From: Paragordius varius
Taxonomy: Eukaryota > Animalia > Nematomorpha
Assembly (NCBI GenBank): GCA_964247055.1
Contig: OZ176055.1
Span: 8,556,001-8,620,000, forward strand
DNA: 64,000 bases
Direction of reading: 5' to 3'
The translations under genes were made by a program, and so were the position numbers. Shown here in pieces: positions 47,901 through 62,009 of the stretch. Every line of letters starts with the position of its first letter. The stretch's first letter is position 1. The notes under the pieces were generated by a model. It was not told where the DNA came from and did not search any database. It worked only from the letters and a program-made list of their open reading frames with translations.

Positions 47901-50900
47901 CAATGACATACAGTCCATTTTCATGCATAATTCCAGAATTCAGAATACCGCTAAGGACTAGTCCACAACACTCTTCAACCAAAAATATTTCATCAATCTA
48001 AACACGTAATGTGAAATGCAGTAGTTTGAAATAAAAGTAATGTAAAAATGATATTTATGAAAATAATATTTTATTATAAAATTAATAATCCGTATATTCT
48101 AAAATGTATAAAAAATATAAAAAAAATTTGGATCTAAATGATCCTTAATCAATATATGCATAAATAAAAAAAATAAAATATTTGTAAAATTATATATGGT
48201 GAAAAAACGATTTGCGTCCTAGAACTAATAGGAGATGCTAACAGTAAAAAAAACTTTTAGGCGGATATAAAAAATTACGTTGATTAAAAGTGTGTTTAGT
48301 TTAATTTACGTTTTAATTAATTTGTAATTTTATCCATCGATTTGTATATATATACATATAAATTACAAAAGTCAAATCTTTGGCAAAAAACTATACTGTA
48401 ATATAAAAATACCAAAAACTCGGCTAAATCATTGCATTCCACATCAATTAAGAATTTATCCGTATTATTGCTATTTTTTAAAGGGTTATTATTTGGTAAT
48501 AATTGTTGATTTTCAATAGCACAAGAGGAGGTAGGAAAATTATCAGTATTTTGTTCACCTAAACTCTTAGATGAATAAGAAAGTTTGCGTTTTCGATCAG
48601 ACTCTAAATATTTTACAAACAAGAGAATGCAAATATAATTTAATAAAATTTTTCGCTTTTACCATAAATACAAATTAAAAATTTCGTATTTGATACAAGA
48701 TAAAATGCAGTTTAATTTTTATAAATTTTTAATTCAATATTAAATCGCATCAAAGCCATCATTTTTTGAACTAATAGTTAAAATAATTTGTGAAATTCAA
48801 CAATATATGTGATATAACAATATTTTTTTGTCATACGGTTTTTAATCTATTTATCCTTAATTGGAACAAATATCACTCATTATTAACTATAAACTTTTAA
48901 AATACCATTTTATTTAAGGTTAAAACAGCCATAAAGAGTTTTTGATTTAATTTATTATATATAAAGTAAATATACACTTTATTCACAAAAAAGTAAAGAT
49001 ACTTATTTCCACTTTGCTCGAGGAAGAGGCCAGTACTAATGATTCTTGAGATGTTGTCGAGTCTGAGTTTGATATGTTATTACCAAGTTTATTATCCCCG
49101 TTTTTATTTTGATTGGAATTAAAATTGTTTAGGGGAAGTAAAAGTTGTAGGAATTTAGTTAATATATCCAAATGATAACCGGTTACACACGAAATTTCAA
49201 TGATAGGTACTATACGTGTACAACCATTACAAATGTTTTGTCCTCCTTTAGCCATATTGTAGGCTGCTGTGAAACCCTGATCAAAATTAGTTATTAACAG
49301 TGGGACCTTATTTATGTTTGTAAGTGCTTCAATGATAACATCACAAGTTGTTAAGGAGGTGGTATTTTTATTGCTTTTGTCATTTGAGACTGAAATATTT
49401 GGTGACTTTAATGTCGAGTTTTGAGAGTCTGACGAGGTTAAATTTGGACTTATTAACATTGTCGGTGTCGAAGGTATTGTTAAAGAACCATCTTTCCGAT
49501 CACACTTTGTTATGATGATAAAAAGGGGTAAGTTTAGTGCTAGGGTAAGACCTAAATGTTCTCGTGAAGTTCCAACTATTAAGAAATATATATATTTTGC
49601 GTCAAAAAGAGACAACCAGAAACGTTTTTGTTCAGTTGTTAAGGGTATCTGTTCCAATTAAATAGTTTCGTTCTCATATATATTTTTTAAAAAATGGTTT
49701 CAAACTCAATGGTGGTTAGAAAATTTTTTTTATATTCTTTTGAATTTAGATGCCATTTTACGTTAAGATAATCGATTGTCTAATTTTACTGATCTTAATA
49801 AGGATGATGAATAGCCAAAAAAGCAATAGGGGAATATTAAAAATTTTCTGTACCTTTGACTGAAATATCCATGAAAAACACGAACAATAACAATAATAAT
49901 TGAAAAAATAAAAAAATCTAATTTTTGCGCTTTCGAAAGCGTTTTTTAAAACCAAAATGAGCCTTAAAGCTTATGGTTTCACTAAAACCATTTCAGTAAC
50001 AAAAATCTATTTTAAAAAAGGTAAAAAAGATTATAAAATGTGCAACCAATTTTTTTAATATTTACATACCTAATCCTTGATGATCATCGATAAGAAGCAT
50101 TATATAATCGGGCGAATAATTAGCAAGGCCAAACAAAGTAGTTTTTTGATATTTATAAAAACCAGCGAGATCCAGGAATGTAAGAAGTTTGGTTGATGTT
50201 TCATACACCTCTTCCACTGTTCGGGGTCCTTTGTAATTTATTAGCTAAAAAACAAATAAGATAAAGTTTTGATTAATTTCTTAATTATATATCAGAGGCT
50301 TACAATCAATTTTAAGAGCTTATATATAAATATAAGCCTTTACTTGATTTAATAGTAGTAAAAATCAACAAAAAACGTTATTACTACATCTCTTTTGTAG
50401 TCAAACACTTTTAAATCCTATTTAGCGAGGCATGTTTAGCCAAATTCGAAAAATCGCAAACATTCATTTCCATTATTCATACTAAAAGCCTAAGTCTTTA
50501 TAAACTTTTCGGCTTTTAAAGCCTAGATAAATACTAAAAGGCGCCCCTCTTCCCTACCTGGCCATCATCATCGAAACCTATAACGTCAATGCTTATGCTC
50601 GATGTTTTGCCAGACTCGACCTCATGAGCATGGCGAAATAAGCCAAGTCGAGCACTCCCCTTCCCATCATCAAGGTCTCCACGGGTTAGGACTCCAATCA
50701 TGGTTGATTTACCGGAACCGTGGTTACCTAACACAGCCACACGCAAATCTATAAACTATATAAAGTAAAAGAATTATAATTACGAATAAAAAATTTTTTT
50801 ATCTATAGTTGTAGGTTACAAAAGAGGAAACGTGGATATTGGTTATACAGACGAGTGTATTACATATTTTTCATATAGTCGAATAAATTATCGATTAAAA

Positions 50901-51445
50901 TCATTTATTTACAAAAGTGGATTGTTTTGCAAAAATATGTTTAAGTATTTTATCAATAAAAATTTAATATAAATTAGTTATAAAGAACAATTTTGATAAG
51001 AAAGAAAACCGGTTGTTCATCGGACACTTTTCGGACCAAAACTTCACAAATATATTTTGGCAAATCATTATCAGATTTGAAGATGGATTTTTCTCGAATA
51101 ATTTGTGTCGTTGCTTGTAAACTTTTAGCCATTCGGTTTAGCGTTAATTTTGATGATTCGAGTTCTTGTTTGGTTAAACCAATTATGCCACCCTGATCTT
51201 CGATTCCAAGCTCGTACACTGCTTCTCCATTCCCTTCTTTCAAGCGCCATTTCAGTTGGGTTATCAAACCATCTAACCGAGCTTTCGATGGATTTATTAA
51301 TTTCAACTAAAATGTAAAAATTAAATAAGATCTTTTGTCAAACTTTGTATTCGACATTTCCTTCTTCAATCTATCGTAATATGGTAATAAAGGGAGAAAT
51401 TAATACTTCAGGTGGTAAATCCTGCAACGAATTTTTTCTGGACAT
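44923..51445 (-). CDS. GTPBP2: GTP-binding protein 2 (translational GTPase family)
   Basis: Eleven phase-compatible exons: 51445-51407, 51370-51344, 51306-51010, 50755-50558, 50244-50070, 49575-49003, 48603-48413, 47997-47547, 47131-47034, 46761-46597, 45066-44923. Motifs: [73 protein letters not shown]. Confidence 0.93.
45255..46412 (-). mobile_element. Penelope-like retroelement remnant (RT thumb plus GIY-YIG) with inverted terminal repeat, in the last GTPBP2 intron
   Basis: Minus-strand fragments [23 protein letters not shown] and [18 protein letters not shown]; about 45255-45530 and 46100-46412 are inverted copies (e.g. CTCATACAGGTGCGGGGA / TCCCCGCACCTGTATGAG). Confidence 0.8.
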
Positions 51446-51513
51446 CCAAAGACAAAATTTTGGACGGTACAAAAATCCTGGTCATATGATAAAATGTAAT
51501 TCTGCTTTTACAC
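51446..51513. promoter_or_regulatory. Putative bidirectional promoter region between GTPBP2 and NDUFS1
   Basis: 68 bp between divergent ATGs; contains the TCATATGA palindrome (51482-51489). Confidence 0.5.
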
Positions 51514-54500
51514 ATGTCTATACTGCTAAAACAACGCATTCTTTTGCCCATAAAATATTTTAAATCCCTGTTATCTTCTACAGCGGCACCACCGCCATTA
51601 AATGAAAACAAAATCGAATTATTTATTAATGATCAACGAGTTTTAGCTGAACCTGGGATGACCATTTTGCAGGTATGTGTCCTTTAACATTCTGAATATT
51701 ATATATAACCATTAAAGCCTGTTTTTAACTTTTAAATTTTTCTTACTTTAAATCCCTAAAACAAAATATTTTAAAACTAAACATACGCTTTATATAAAAA
51801 GTTATATATTAACTAAATAAGTAGATAACTTTATTTTAGTTATTTTAAATTCTTTCTTCACCCTAGAAATTACCTTCTAAAATAAAATTATTTTACCATT
51901 TTATTTTATATACTGCACACTGGATCATTTAGGCGTGTGCTTTGATTGGAATCGAAATACCCAGGTACTGTTATCACGAACGGCTAAGTATTGCTGGGAA
52001 TTGTCGAATGTGCTTGGTTGAGGTTGAGAAGTCAGTTAAACCGGTCGCTTCATGCGCTATGCCCGTTATGAAAGGTATGAGAGTTAAAACTGACACAAAC
52101 TCTGCTGTTACTCGAAAGGCCAGAGAAGGGGTAACCGAATTCTTGCTGGTTAATCATCCGTTAGATTGTCCCATCTGTGATCAAGCAGGGGAATGTGACC
52201 TGCAAGACCAGGTTTGTACCTCTTTTTTGAGATAATTTATCAAGGATTTGAACCGTGATCATTTCATATTAAACCGAAATTATTAACTTTTTTATGGTCC
52301 AAAAAACCGTTTAAAAACTGTTTATTCTAAAAATGCATACTCAGATGTCGGAAAAGATGTTAGCCGTTAAGATATGACTTGAACCCTGTTAATTATTCAT
52401 CTGCTAGATTGTTAAAAATTTAATTAAAGAGTCAAGGATTTTAACGGCTTTTTATGGCTTAAAACCGTTTTGGAATTGTTTGAAACAAGTTGGAAAGGTA
52501 CATTTAAACCGTTTTTAGTTAAATTATGCCAGAGGGTTGTAACTTGCAAGACCAGGTTTTTTTTGTTTGCTTTAGACCAATTTTTATGGGATTGGTAAGT
52601 TTTTTAGGTTTAAATTGTAGAATCTTTAGAAAATTTCTATAATGTTAGGAAACAATAATTTTTTTTCTTAGATGCTATTTCACAAAAATGATAGCAATAA
52701 AATCCGAACCAATTTTTTCCACCCTTACAAAATTATTGAATCCACGGGTTTAAATATAGAATCATCTAGAAAATCCAAAAAATGATTTATTGAAACTATA
52801 CGCATAATCATTTTTTCATTAACTGTTTTTTTTGTAAAAAGCAATTTTTTTCGTTATATATTTTGTGTTTTTCATTATTCCTGGTTTGCGATAGACTATG
52901 GCTTTTGGTAATGATCGGAGTCGATTCGTTGATATGTGGTTTTCAGGCAAACGTGCAGTTGAAGATAAAAATATTGGTCCACTTATAAAGACATCCATGA
53001 ACCGTTGTATACATTGTACCAAATGTATAAGGTAAATTAAAGTTTTTATGGTGAAAACTTTTTTTTTGAAACTTATGCAGTAAAAATTGAAAATATATGT
53101 TTGAATGATATAAGAATTTATATTTTTGGATATTGTTTACGCTGAAGTGTGATTGTATCATTATATTGCAATAATAATTCAGTTAAAATTATATGAAATT
53201 ATTGTGAAATTACTACTAATAATCTTTGTCAAATGTAAAAAATAAAATTAAAATATAAACTAATTTTTACTTTATACTTTAAATTTTAGTTTATATTTTA
53301 ATTTTATTTTTTGCGTTTGGATTACTAGTAGTAATCGAAAATTCACAATTTCATATAATTTTAGCTAAATTATAATTGCAATATAATAATTAGATTTTTA
53401 ATATATGGCGATATCTTAAGAGTGAAAATATTTTACTATTTTCATTGAAACAATCATTTTTATTTAAAATTATTATTCATGTGATTGCAGCTAGGAAACG
53501 TGAAATTAAGGGTGTACATATATAGGTTATAACAAGAAATTAAGGAAAAATTTTTATGATTGCCATTATATTAAAAACAAAAGTCGTTTTCCGTTTATCT
53601 TTAAGATTCATATATTTTATTTAAAAGCCCATGCGTATTTACTTTACTGTATTTTATTCACTCAATTATTTAAAATACCATTTACAGTGTAATTCACCTA
53701 AAAAGAAATTATGTGATTTTTTAACATTAAAAATTTCCTATATTTTTTTTATATTTTTCAAAAAAATGAATTATTGTTTAAAATTAATATAATACTAAAA
53801 AACTAATAAACTATGCCATTGAGATAAATTACATATATAAATGATGAGTTTTATATTAGACCGATAACACATAAATTATTTTTAGGGTGAATTTGAATTG
53901 TTCGAGGGTAAATTTGAATTGTTCAAGGGTAAATTTGAATTGTTGTAAATGGTATAATTGTTAATTTTAGATTTGCTTCAGAAATTGCTGGAGTCGACGA
54001 CTTAGGCACTACAGGCCGAGGTTCTGACATGCAAGTTGGAACGTTTGTTGAAAAAATGTTTTATTCGGAACTTTCAGGAAACGTGATTGATTTGTGTCCG
54101 GTTGGAGCGCTAACATCAAAACCATACGCTTTTAGAGGTTAACTCATCTTTTAACAACCTTTGTAAATTTTTTTCTTTATGGTTTTTAGCGCATTTTATT
54201 ATGAGCTTACAGATCAGTTGGTTTATATATATATATATATTTATACATATATTTAACATTTGTAGGGGGGGGAGTTTATATTTCATGGAGTTTTTTGTGA
54301 CTAATTTTTGGTGTATTTGAGCCATATGCCTGTAACATTAAGTCCTACAAAATTTTTTAATTTTATACTGAAATGAAACATAATTTTATTAATTAAAGAT
54401 TAATAAGGAATATATATAATGCATTTTTTTCATTTTAATAACAGTTGAGACATCTAAATGCAAAAACGGTAACTATTATCATAAAAGCATTAAATTCTAT

Positions 54501-57500
54501 ATTTTAGTGATAGAAACTTTTAATTAATTTATTTTTATCTACGTGACGTGGTTCCATCATTTATAATTTTATATAAAAATTAATCCTGAACTTTTAATAT
54601 TAAAGTTTATTCTTAAAAAGATTAATTATATGGGGGGAAAGTAGGTTTCAGTTGGCAATATGTTTATTATATAAACAAATACTCTTTTAATGTAATTAAC
54701 TAAAAATATTAACATTATAATTACGTAATGTATTAAATATGTATTGTATTAGAATAAAGATTTAATAATAAGCATCGTCTATACACACTTTCATTTGAAT
54801 CAATTATATAGGTTAATTTTGTTCAGTATAGATTGATTTTTGTGCATCATATGATAACCAACCTATCGTTTTGGGCTTTGAAGTATATAGTCTTTAGATG
54901 AAGTTTTTTTGTCTTTTAATAATTTTTTATTTGTGAAATATATGGTTAAAAGAGTTGTAAATTGATAAGTGAGACCCTACTCATTTGTATATACAAATAT
55001 TGCCTAAGCTTTCGTGATTTCATCCCCCCATATTAAACCGATTATAGGAAATATCAAAATTAAACAGACGCGTGAACAAAATTATAAGAATAATATATGA
55101 TTAAATATAATTTTTCATATATTTATTTTGGCCCTTTGTGAGGATTTCAAAATACTTAGAAATTATGACTTTCAAAACGATTATAACTAAAAATTAGGGC
55201 TTTATCAGACAAAAATGCATGATGAATTTATAGGCGCTCTTTGGTATCGTCTTTGTGTAATGGATAATTTGCCATTCTGCCAGGCGTTATCATTAATGTT
55301 AACAACACTTAAATCATTATTTTTGTTTTTCCTTCCCAGTTAAAAGTTGGTCTACCCCTGCGATCCTTACCTTTAAAATGTAGAGTTAAAATTTATTTGT
55401 CCATTGTTCTAGGGCACGTTTGATGTGTCCGAAATATCTGAGTCAGTTTTTCTAAGCATTATATTTAAAGAGGTTCGATGTGATACAGTTGATGCAAATG
55501 TGAATTTGACTTTATTGAGGTCGAATAGATTTAGCATCCGCTTTTCTATATCCAACATTTTTTTTTCTCGATTAAATCTGTGATCAGCCATGTCTCGCTT
55601 CCATACAGGAGTATGGGACTTATGCCGGTTTTTTGGATTAGGCCTTTGTTATTTAGAAAAAAATTCTTTATACTTTTTAACGTTTTTACTGTTTTTTAGC
55701 CAGACCATGGGAAACTCGTAAAACTGAAAGTGTAGATATAATGGATGCCGTCGGTTCCAATATTGTGGTAAGTAGTCGAGCTGGAGATATCATGAGAATA
55801 TTACCCAAAATCAATGATGACATCAATGAAGAATGGATTAGTGATAAAACACGGTTTATTTACAAAGCTTTTTTTTTAATTTATATAAAGGAATAAAAAA
55901 ATTGTAGTAAAAATACGTAAAGACAAACAACTTTTTTTTCAAAAGACAACCACCATACTTTTTAAACCTCTTGATATTTCCTACAATAAATATTTATTTG
56001 CAAATTTAATTTATATTAAATATTATTGTTATCCATTTACATCTAATATAAATTTTGGTATTTATTAAAATATTCCATAAAAGTGTAGAGCATGTTTTGA
56101 AAAAAAAATGTTTGTTGGTTTTTAATATCAATTTTTACTGTACGATATACGGTTAAATCTATAACTGCGCGAGTAAAATATGGTAAACGTATGTTTATTT
56201 AAATTTATATTGTCAAAACATAAAAAACCAACATTTTTTTTTATAAATTTAAAGCATTCAAGTATTAAGTAAGTATTTTTTTAATCTAAATTTACTATAC
56301 AGTAGCAAAATATTGAATTGATTACAACTATATTTTATATTTCGATATCCAAAATTACATTTTGTCATGAAAAAATTAATAAAAATGTTAATCTTTTAAC
56401 TTTTTATGTTTTGTCATAATAATTTGGCAAATTGAGGGAAAATTATTTGGTGTGCGTATATTTTTGTCTTTTGAAAAAAAAAGTTTTTTAAATTTCTGAA
56501 ACGGCTGGAAATATAAGTGCTTTATATATATATATATATAGAATGCCACAATAAATTAATAAATTTTTATATATAATATATATCAAACATAGATTTGCTT
56601 ACGATGGACTTAAATATCAAAGGCTAACAAGTCCAATGATTAAGGGTGCGGATGGATCTTTTAGAAATTATGATTGGGAACATGCCTTAAATTTCTTAAC
56701 CCAAAAATTGGTTCAAACAGATGGTATTATAAAACAGATTTAAGTTTATATTGACAATTTTTTTAACCGAAAAAAGTTTTTTAGTTTTATTTTTTAAAAC
56801 TATATTGGCTACGTAGAAAGTCCAAAGTTTATATTATCATCCTTATTTTTTCTTTTTTTATGGCTTTAAAGCTAATTATTATATAAAGCAAAAAGTTTAG
56901 GCATATATTTGAAGAAAAATTAATTTAAGCTTAAAAATGGCGTTATTGAAATATTTATAAATTTATATGAATAAAAAATTTTTTCCTTGTAAAAATTTAG
57001 CTTCTTAAACATTAATTTTTAAAAAATATTAAAAGTTTAATAAATGACATACTTTTTAAAGGATAATTTTCATTATTACCGCTTAAATTTTTGGCATTTT
57101 AATATTTCTCTAAATTTACAAGAACAAAAGCCAATCATTACTCCCTTATTGAATTTAAGCTTTAATGAACTTATATGTTATACATATTCTTTAATTAACA
57201 TAACAATTAATTACCTTTTAAATCTTAGTAGAGCTCTATAATATATACCATTCACAGTTCAAATCCCTCGAACAATTCAAATTCACCCTTAAACAATTCA
57301 AATTCACCCTTGAACAATTCAAATTCACCCTAAAAATAAATTATGTGTTTTCAAACTAGTATAACTCATTATTAATATAAAAAATATCTTTATGGCATAA
57401 TTTACTATTTTTTCAGTTAAAATATAGAATTTTTAATCTCAAAAAACAGGTTATATATTTGAGGGTGAATTTGAATTGTTCGAGGGAGAATTTGAATTGT

Positions 57501-60500
57501 TTAAGGGTGAATTTGAATTGTTCAAGAATGAATTTGAATTGTTTAAAAGTGAATACGAATTGTTCAAGGGTGAGGTTGAACTGTAAATGTTATATATAAA
57601 TTTAAACGACAAAATATTTTTTGTTATCAAATCCTAGCAAATAAAATTATGGGAATCGTTGGAAGTTCTAATGATGCAGAATCTATGGCAGCTTTCAAGG
57701 AATTGTTTAATCGATTGGGTTGTGGTCACCACGTTTTTTCCGAAGAATATTTTCCTGCACATTTAGCAAGTTTTTATTTTACTTCTTTAAGCGATTTTAC
57801 TAAAATAGAATATTAAATTTGTAAATTTATTTATAAATATGATTTATAAATTGTTCCAATTGTATTTGTTATGAATTTTGTTGAAATTTAGAAAATTTCT
57901 ATATTAATTTAATACTTTGAATTTATTTAATTTTACGGGGACTGGACTATACGTCTTTTAACATTATTCTTAATCAAACTATGTTGGAATTTTCACTTTT
58001 GTTCAAATCTTTATTAAATATTAAATCGAACTGAAATATAACAAAATCTAACTATTATTTTGAGATAAATTTTATAAATTAGGCCATCTTTTTGCGATTT
58101 AATTTATATCATATCTTTATTTTGTTTTACCCTTTCTTTTTCTTAATATTTTTTCCCATGGCACCTAATTAAAACGCCAAATGCTAAATCATTATGTTTT
58201 ACAAATGTTTGAAATTTTTTTTTACAATTATATTACGAAAGTTAACTCATTATAAATTAAATACGCTTTTTTATCCCAACTATTTAGATTGACACCGTAT
58301 TTATATAATAATTATTAATGTGGTTTAAATTAAACCGATAAATTTTGGAACCATTTTGATATTTCATTTCCTGAATTATTATCACATTTTAAATTATATA
58401 TATACCATTTACAGCTCAAATTCATCCTTAAACAATTCAAATTCACCCTTCAATTCTAATTCACCCTCGAACAATTCAACCCTAAAAATAAATTATGTGT
58501 TTTTGAACTAATATAACTCATTATTAATGAGAAATATATCTTTATGGCAAAGTTTAATATTTTTTCAGTATTATTTAAAATTAAAATAAAATTTTTATTT
58601 CTTAAAAATATATAAAAATATTGGGTAATTTTTAATCTTAAAACATATATTTTATTTGAGGGTGAATTTAAATTGTTTAAGGGTGAATTTGAATTGTTCA
58701 AGGGTGAATTTGAATTGTTTAAGGGTGAATTTGAATTGTAAATGGTATATTAAAATAAAATTTATTAATGTTTTTATTTTTTAACTTTTAACACAACTAA
58801 TATTTAGATCAAAGATCTGCCTATCTATTTAACACAAGCATAGCCGGGATAGAAATGTCCGATTTGATACTTATTGTAGGTTGTAATCCCAGACTCGAAG
58901 CCCCTATTATAAATGCTCGGATTCGTAAAACTTGGCTTCAACAAGAAGCCCAGGTCGCTTATATTGGCGAATCGGTAAGTTTTTTCGGTTTTCTTATTTT
59001 GGTTCTGTCCAAAAATAAAATGTTTAAAAAAATATATATTAGGTATTTTATAAAGTTTTGTTTGTGGAAAATGGAAAAAGCGTTTTTATTTTACTCGATA
59101 AATATGCGGATTCGTAAAACTTCGCCTAAAGCTCAAATTGCTTTTTTGGTAAATCTATGTGAACTTTTTTTCGGTATTTGTTTAAAATTAAATGAAAAAA
59201 AACTTTTTTTAATGAAAAGCTTTCCTCAAGGATCGTTTATGTAAAATGTTTATGGTTTATATCAAGTTTGGGGGGGGGGGGGGGGAATTATATCAAAAAT
59301 TTGTTTTTTTATAATTAAATATTTTATTTTATAACCATTAAAGTGCTTATGTTAAATTTTGTTTTTTTAACATATATGGTAAACGATTTGGGATGCTTTA
59401 TGTTGAAACTTTTTATTATTTTTTACTCGTACATATTAATAAAGACAAATGTTACATAAAAAGTGAAAGTCAAATTTATTTTAAATAATGTATATTATTT
59501 TTTTATCTTTGATTTTATAATTTTAAATATCAATAATTGAAATTTCTTAACCTGCCAAAAATATAGGCTATATAAAAAAATCAAGGTTAATTTAGGTTAT
59601 GAATCAGAAATTAGCAATCAATTTTTGATTTGTCTTTACAAATGTTTAATTTTTATTGTTATATGTTAATAAGTAGAATACAAAAAATATAAAAATTAAA
59701 ATATATATAAGCCTTAACTTAATAAAATTATTTGCAAAAATAAGGTTGGTATTAAAAAAATCGATAAAAATCCTAAACCTGTCCAACTTAAATCCATCCA
59801 TCAATACCTTATAGAAATAAGTCAAAATATCCATTTTTCCAGTTTGCGTATACTTTCAAATTACAGTAGCGTATGGCATAAAACAATGTTACTCCATAAT
59901 AGAATAAAACAATGTTAGTCCATAATTTAAAAAACAACCCTAGTTGTTAATACACATAATATTCATAATATCCCGTTGTTTTTTTAAAAAAACCTTTTTT
60001 TATTCTTTAATGGACTAACATTGTTTTATGTCATACGCTACTGTATATATTATTTTCCTTTTTACGTGTGTGTTTTAGGTAAATTTGGCCTATGAATACG
60101 AACATATAGGTACTCGAGTATCCGATCTACTTAAATTGTGTAAAAATCCAAGTAGCCACCCTTTTGGAAAACGCCTTATGCAAGCCAAAAGTCCAATGAT
60201 TATATTGGGTTATACCGCTGTCAAGGTAGGTTATTTAATTATATTTTTTTGTCATTAAACTAAAATTTGGTTTAGATTTATAATGAGTTTTTTTTATAAA
60301 TTAATTAGATTATGTTTAGATTTGGTTATATTATTATACCATTTACAATTCGAATTAACCTATAAACAATTTAATTTCATCCTTAAACAATTCAAATTTA
60401 CCCTCCAATTCGAATTCACTTTTAAATAAAATATATGTTTTTTTAAGATTTAAAAATTAGCTAATAAATTTTGTTTTAAATTAAAATAATACTTAAAAAA

Positions 60501-61966
60501 TAATATTCTATACCACAAAGATATATTTCATATTAACAATGAGTTATATTAGTTTGAAAATACATAATTTATTTTTAGGGTGAATTTGAATTGTTCTAGG
60601 GTGAATCTGAACTGTAAATGGTATATATATTTCAGGTATTTTGAAGTAAAAGTGTGAGTTTTTTAAGTTTATAACTACCGCATCTTAAAAATATGAAAAT
60701 TAAATTTTCAATTCTTATTTTATTTACCCCTATATATGATTAGGTTAACACGAAGTTTTGAAATGTGGACCTTAGTAAGGACCCATTAATCTTATGCAAT
60801 GTAATGTGCCATATAAAACAAACATAGAATATTAAAATAAATATTTTTATATAAAATTAATAGGTTTTTTTTATGTTACTCAAAGTTAATAATCTTGAGA
60901 CTTTAAATTTATGTATTTTAGGTAAATTTTTTACACATAATTTATGTAATTTTTAGAACGAAAACGGGGAAGATATAATGAACGCTGTGTTAAAACTCAG
61001 CTCACAATTACAATCAAACATAAAGGATGAGAATTGGAAAGTGTTTAATTTGTTGCACACCAAAGCAAATATGGTATATAAATTTTTAATAAAAAAAATG
61101 GTGTTTTTAACCAAGGCTTGGAACCAAAACTTCATGAAACAGCTTAGTAAATTTAAACTAATAAGCTTTTCAAATAGAGAACAATAAAACGCCTACAAAC
61201 TAAAATAGATTATTCATTCTGCAGTTTTTTGATTGTTAATAATGTTGTCCTACTTATCAAATTACAATCGTTTAAAGTTGAGTACACCTTTCCACAAACC
61301 TACTCATTTGGGGTATTTTTTGAAGCTCTTTAAATGAGCCAAAAAACTATAGAAATGTATAATTTTTTACACATATTAGCTGTATAAATTAAATAATCAG
61401 AATATTTATTTTGATTTTCCCTAAAAATGCGAATATTGAATTATGTATTACCCTCACAATTGGTTTTCATTTTGGAAGGGAGATTAATCATTGCTCAGGT
61501 TTTAATGCCAATTTTTCGACCAATATTTAGGATATTTTTTCAAATATTAAACAAACGCAAACCGGTTTTCATTTCGCTCATGTTGATTATTCCGTTTTAT
61601 TTTTTGTTTTTTGGTTAAAAAAAGGTATGTAAATTATTTTTTTCCTATATTTATCTATCAATTTATTGTAGGTGGGGGCCTTAGATCTTTCCATAAATTG
61701 TGGTTTAAACAATTTTAACCAGCATCTAAGTAAACATAACCCTGAGATAATTTATCTTTTTGGTGTTGATGATAATACCCATGTGTTAAACCAATTGCGT
61801 GATTATAAGAAGAAAAAACAAGGAAACTGCACTATAATATATCAAGGACATCATGGGGATATTGGGGCATCTCTAGCTGATTACATCTTACCAGGTAGGG
61901 TATGGTAGATTTTATGAAAATTAATCTTTTTTGAACACTTAATTTTACAAAAAAAATTGAAATAAA

Positions 61967-62009
<43 letters not shown>

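Noticed and set aside
57260-57580. 21-bp direct repeats superficially like a CRISPR array
   Set aside because: No unique spacers; the repeats are contiguous, occur in inverted arms of a dispersed MITE, and the DNA is eukaryotic with no cas genes.
59270-59285. G16 homopolymer (possible G-quadruplex) and (TA)n tracts at about 23176, 39848 and 61968
   Set aside because: Simple repeats in introns with no further evidence of function.
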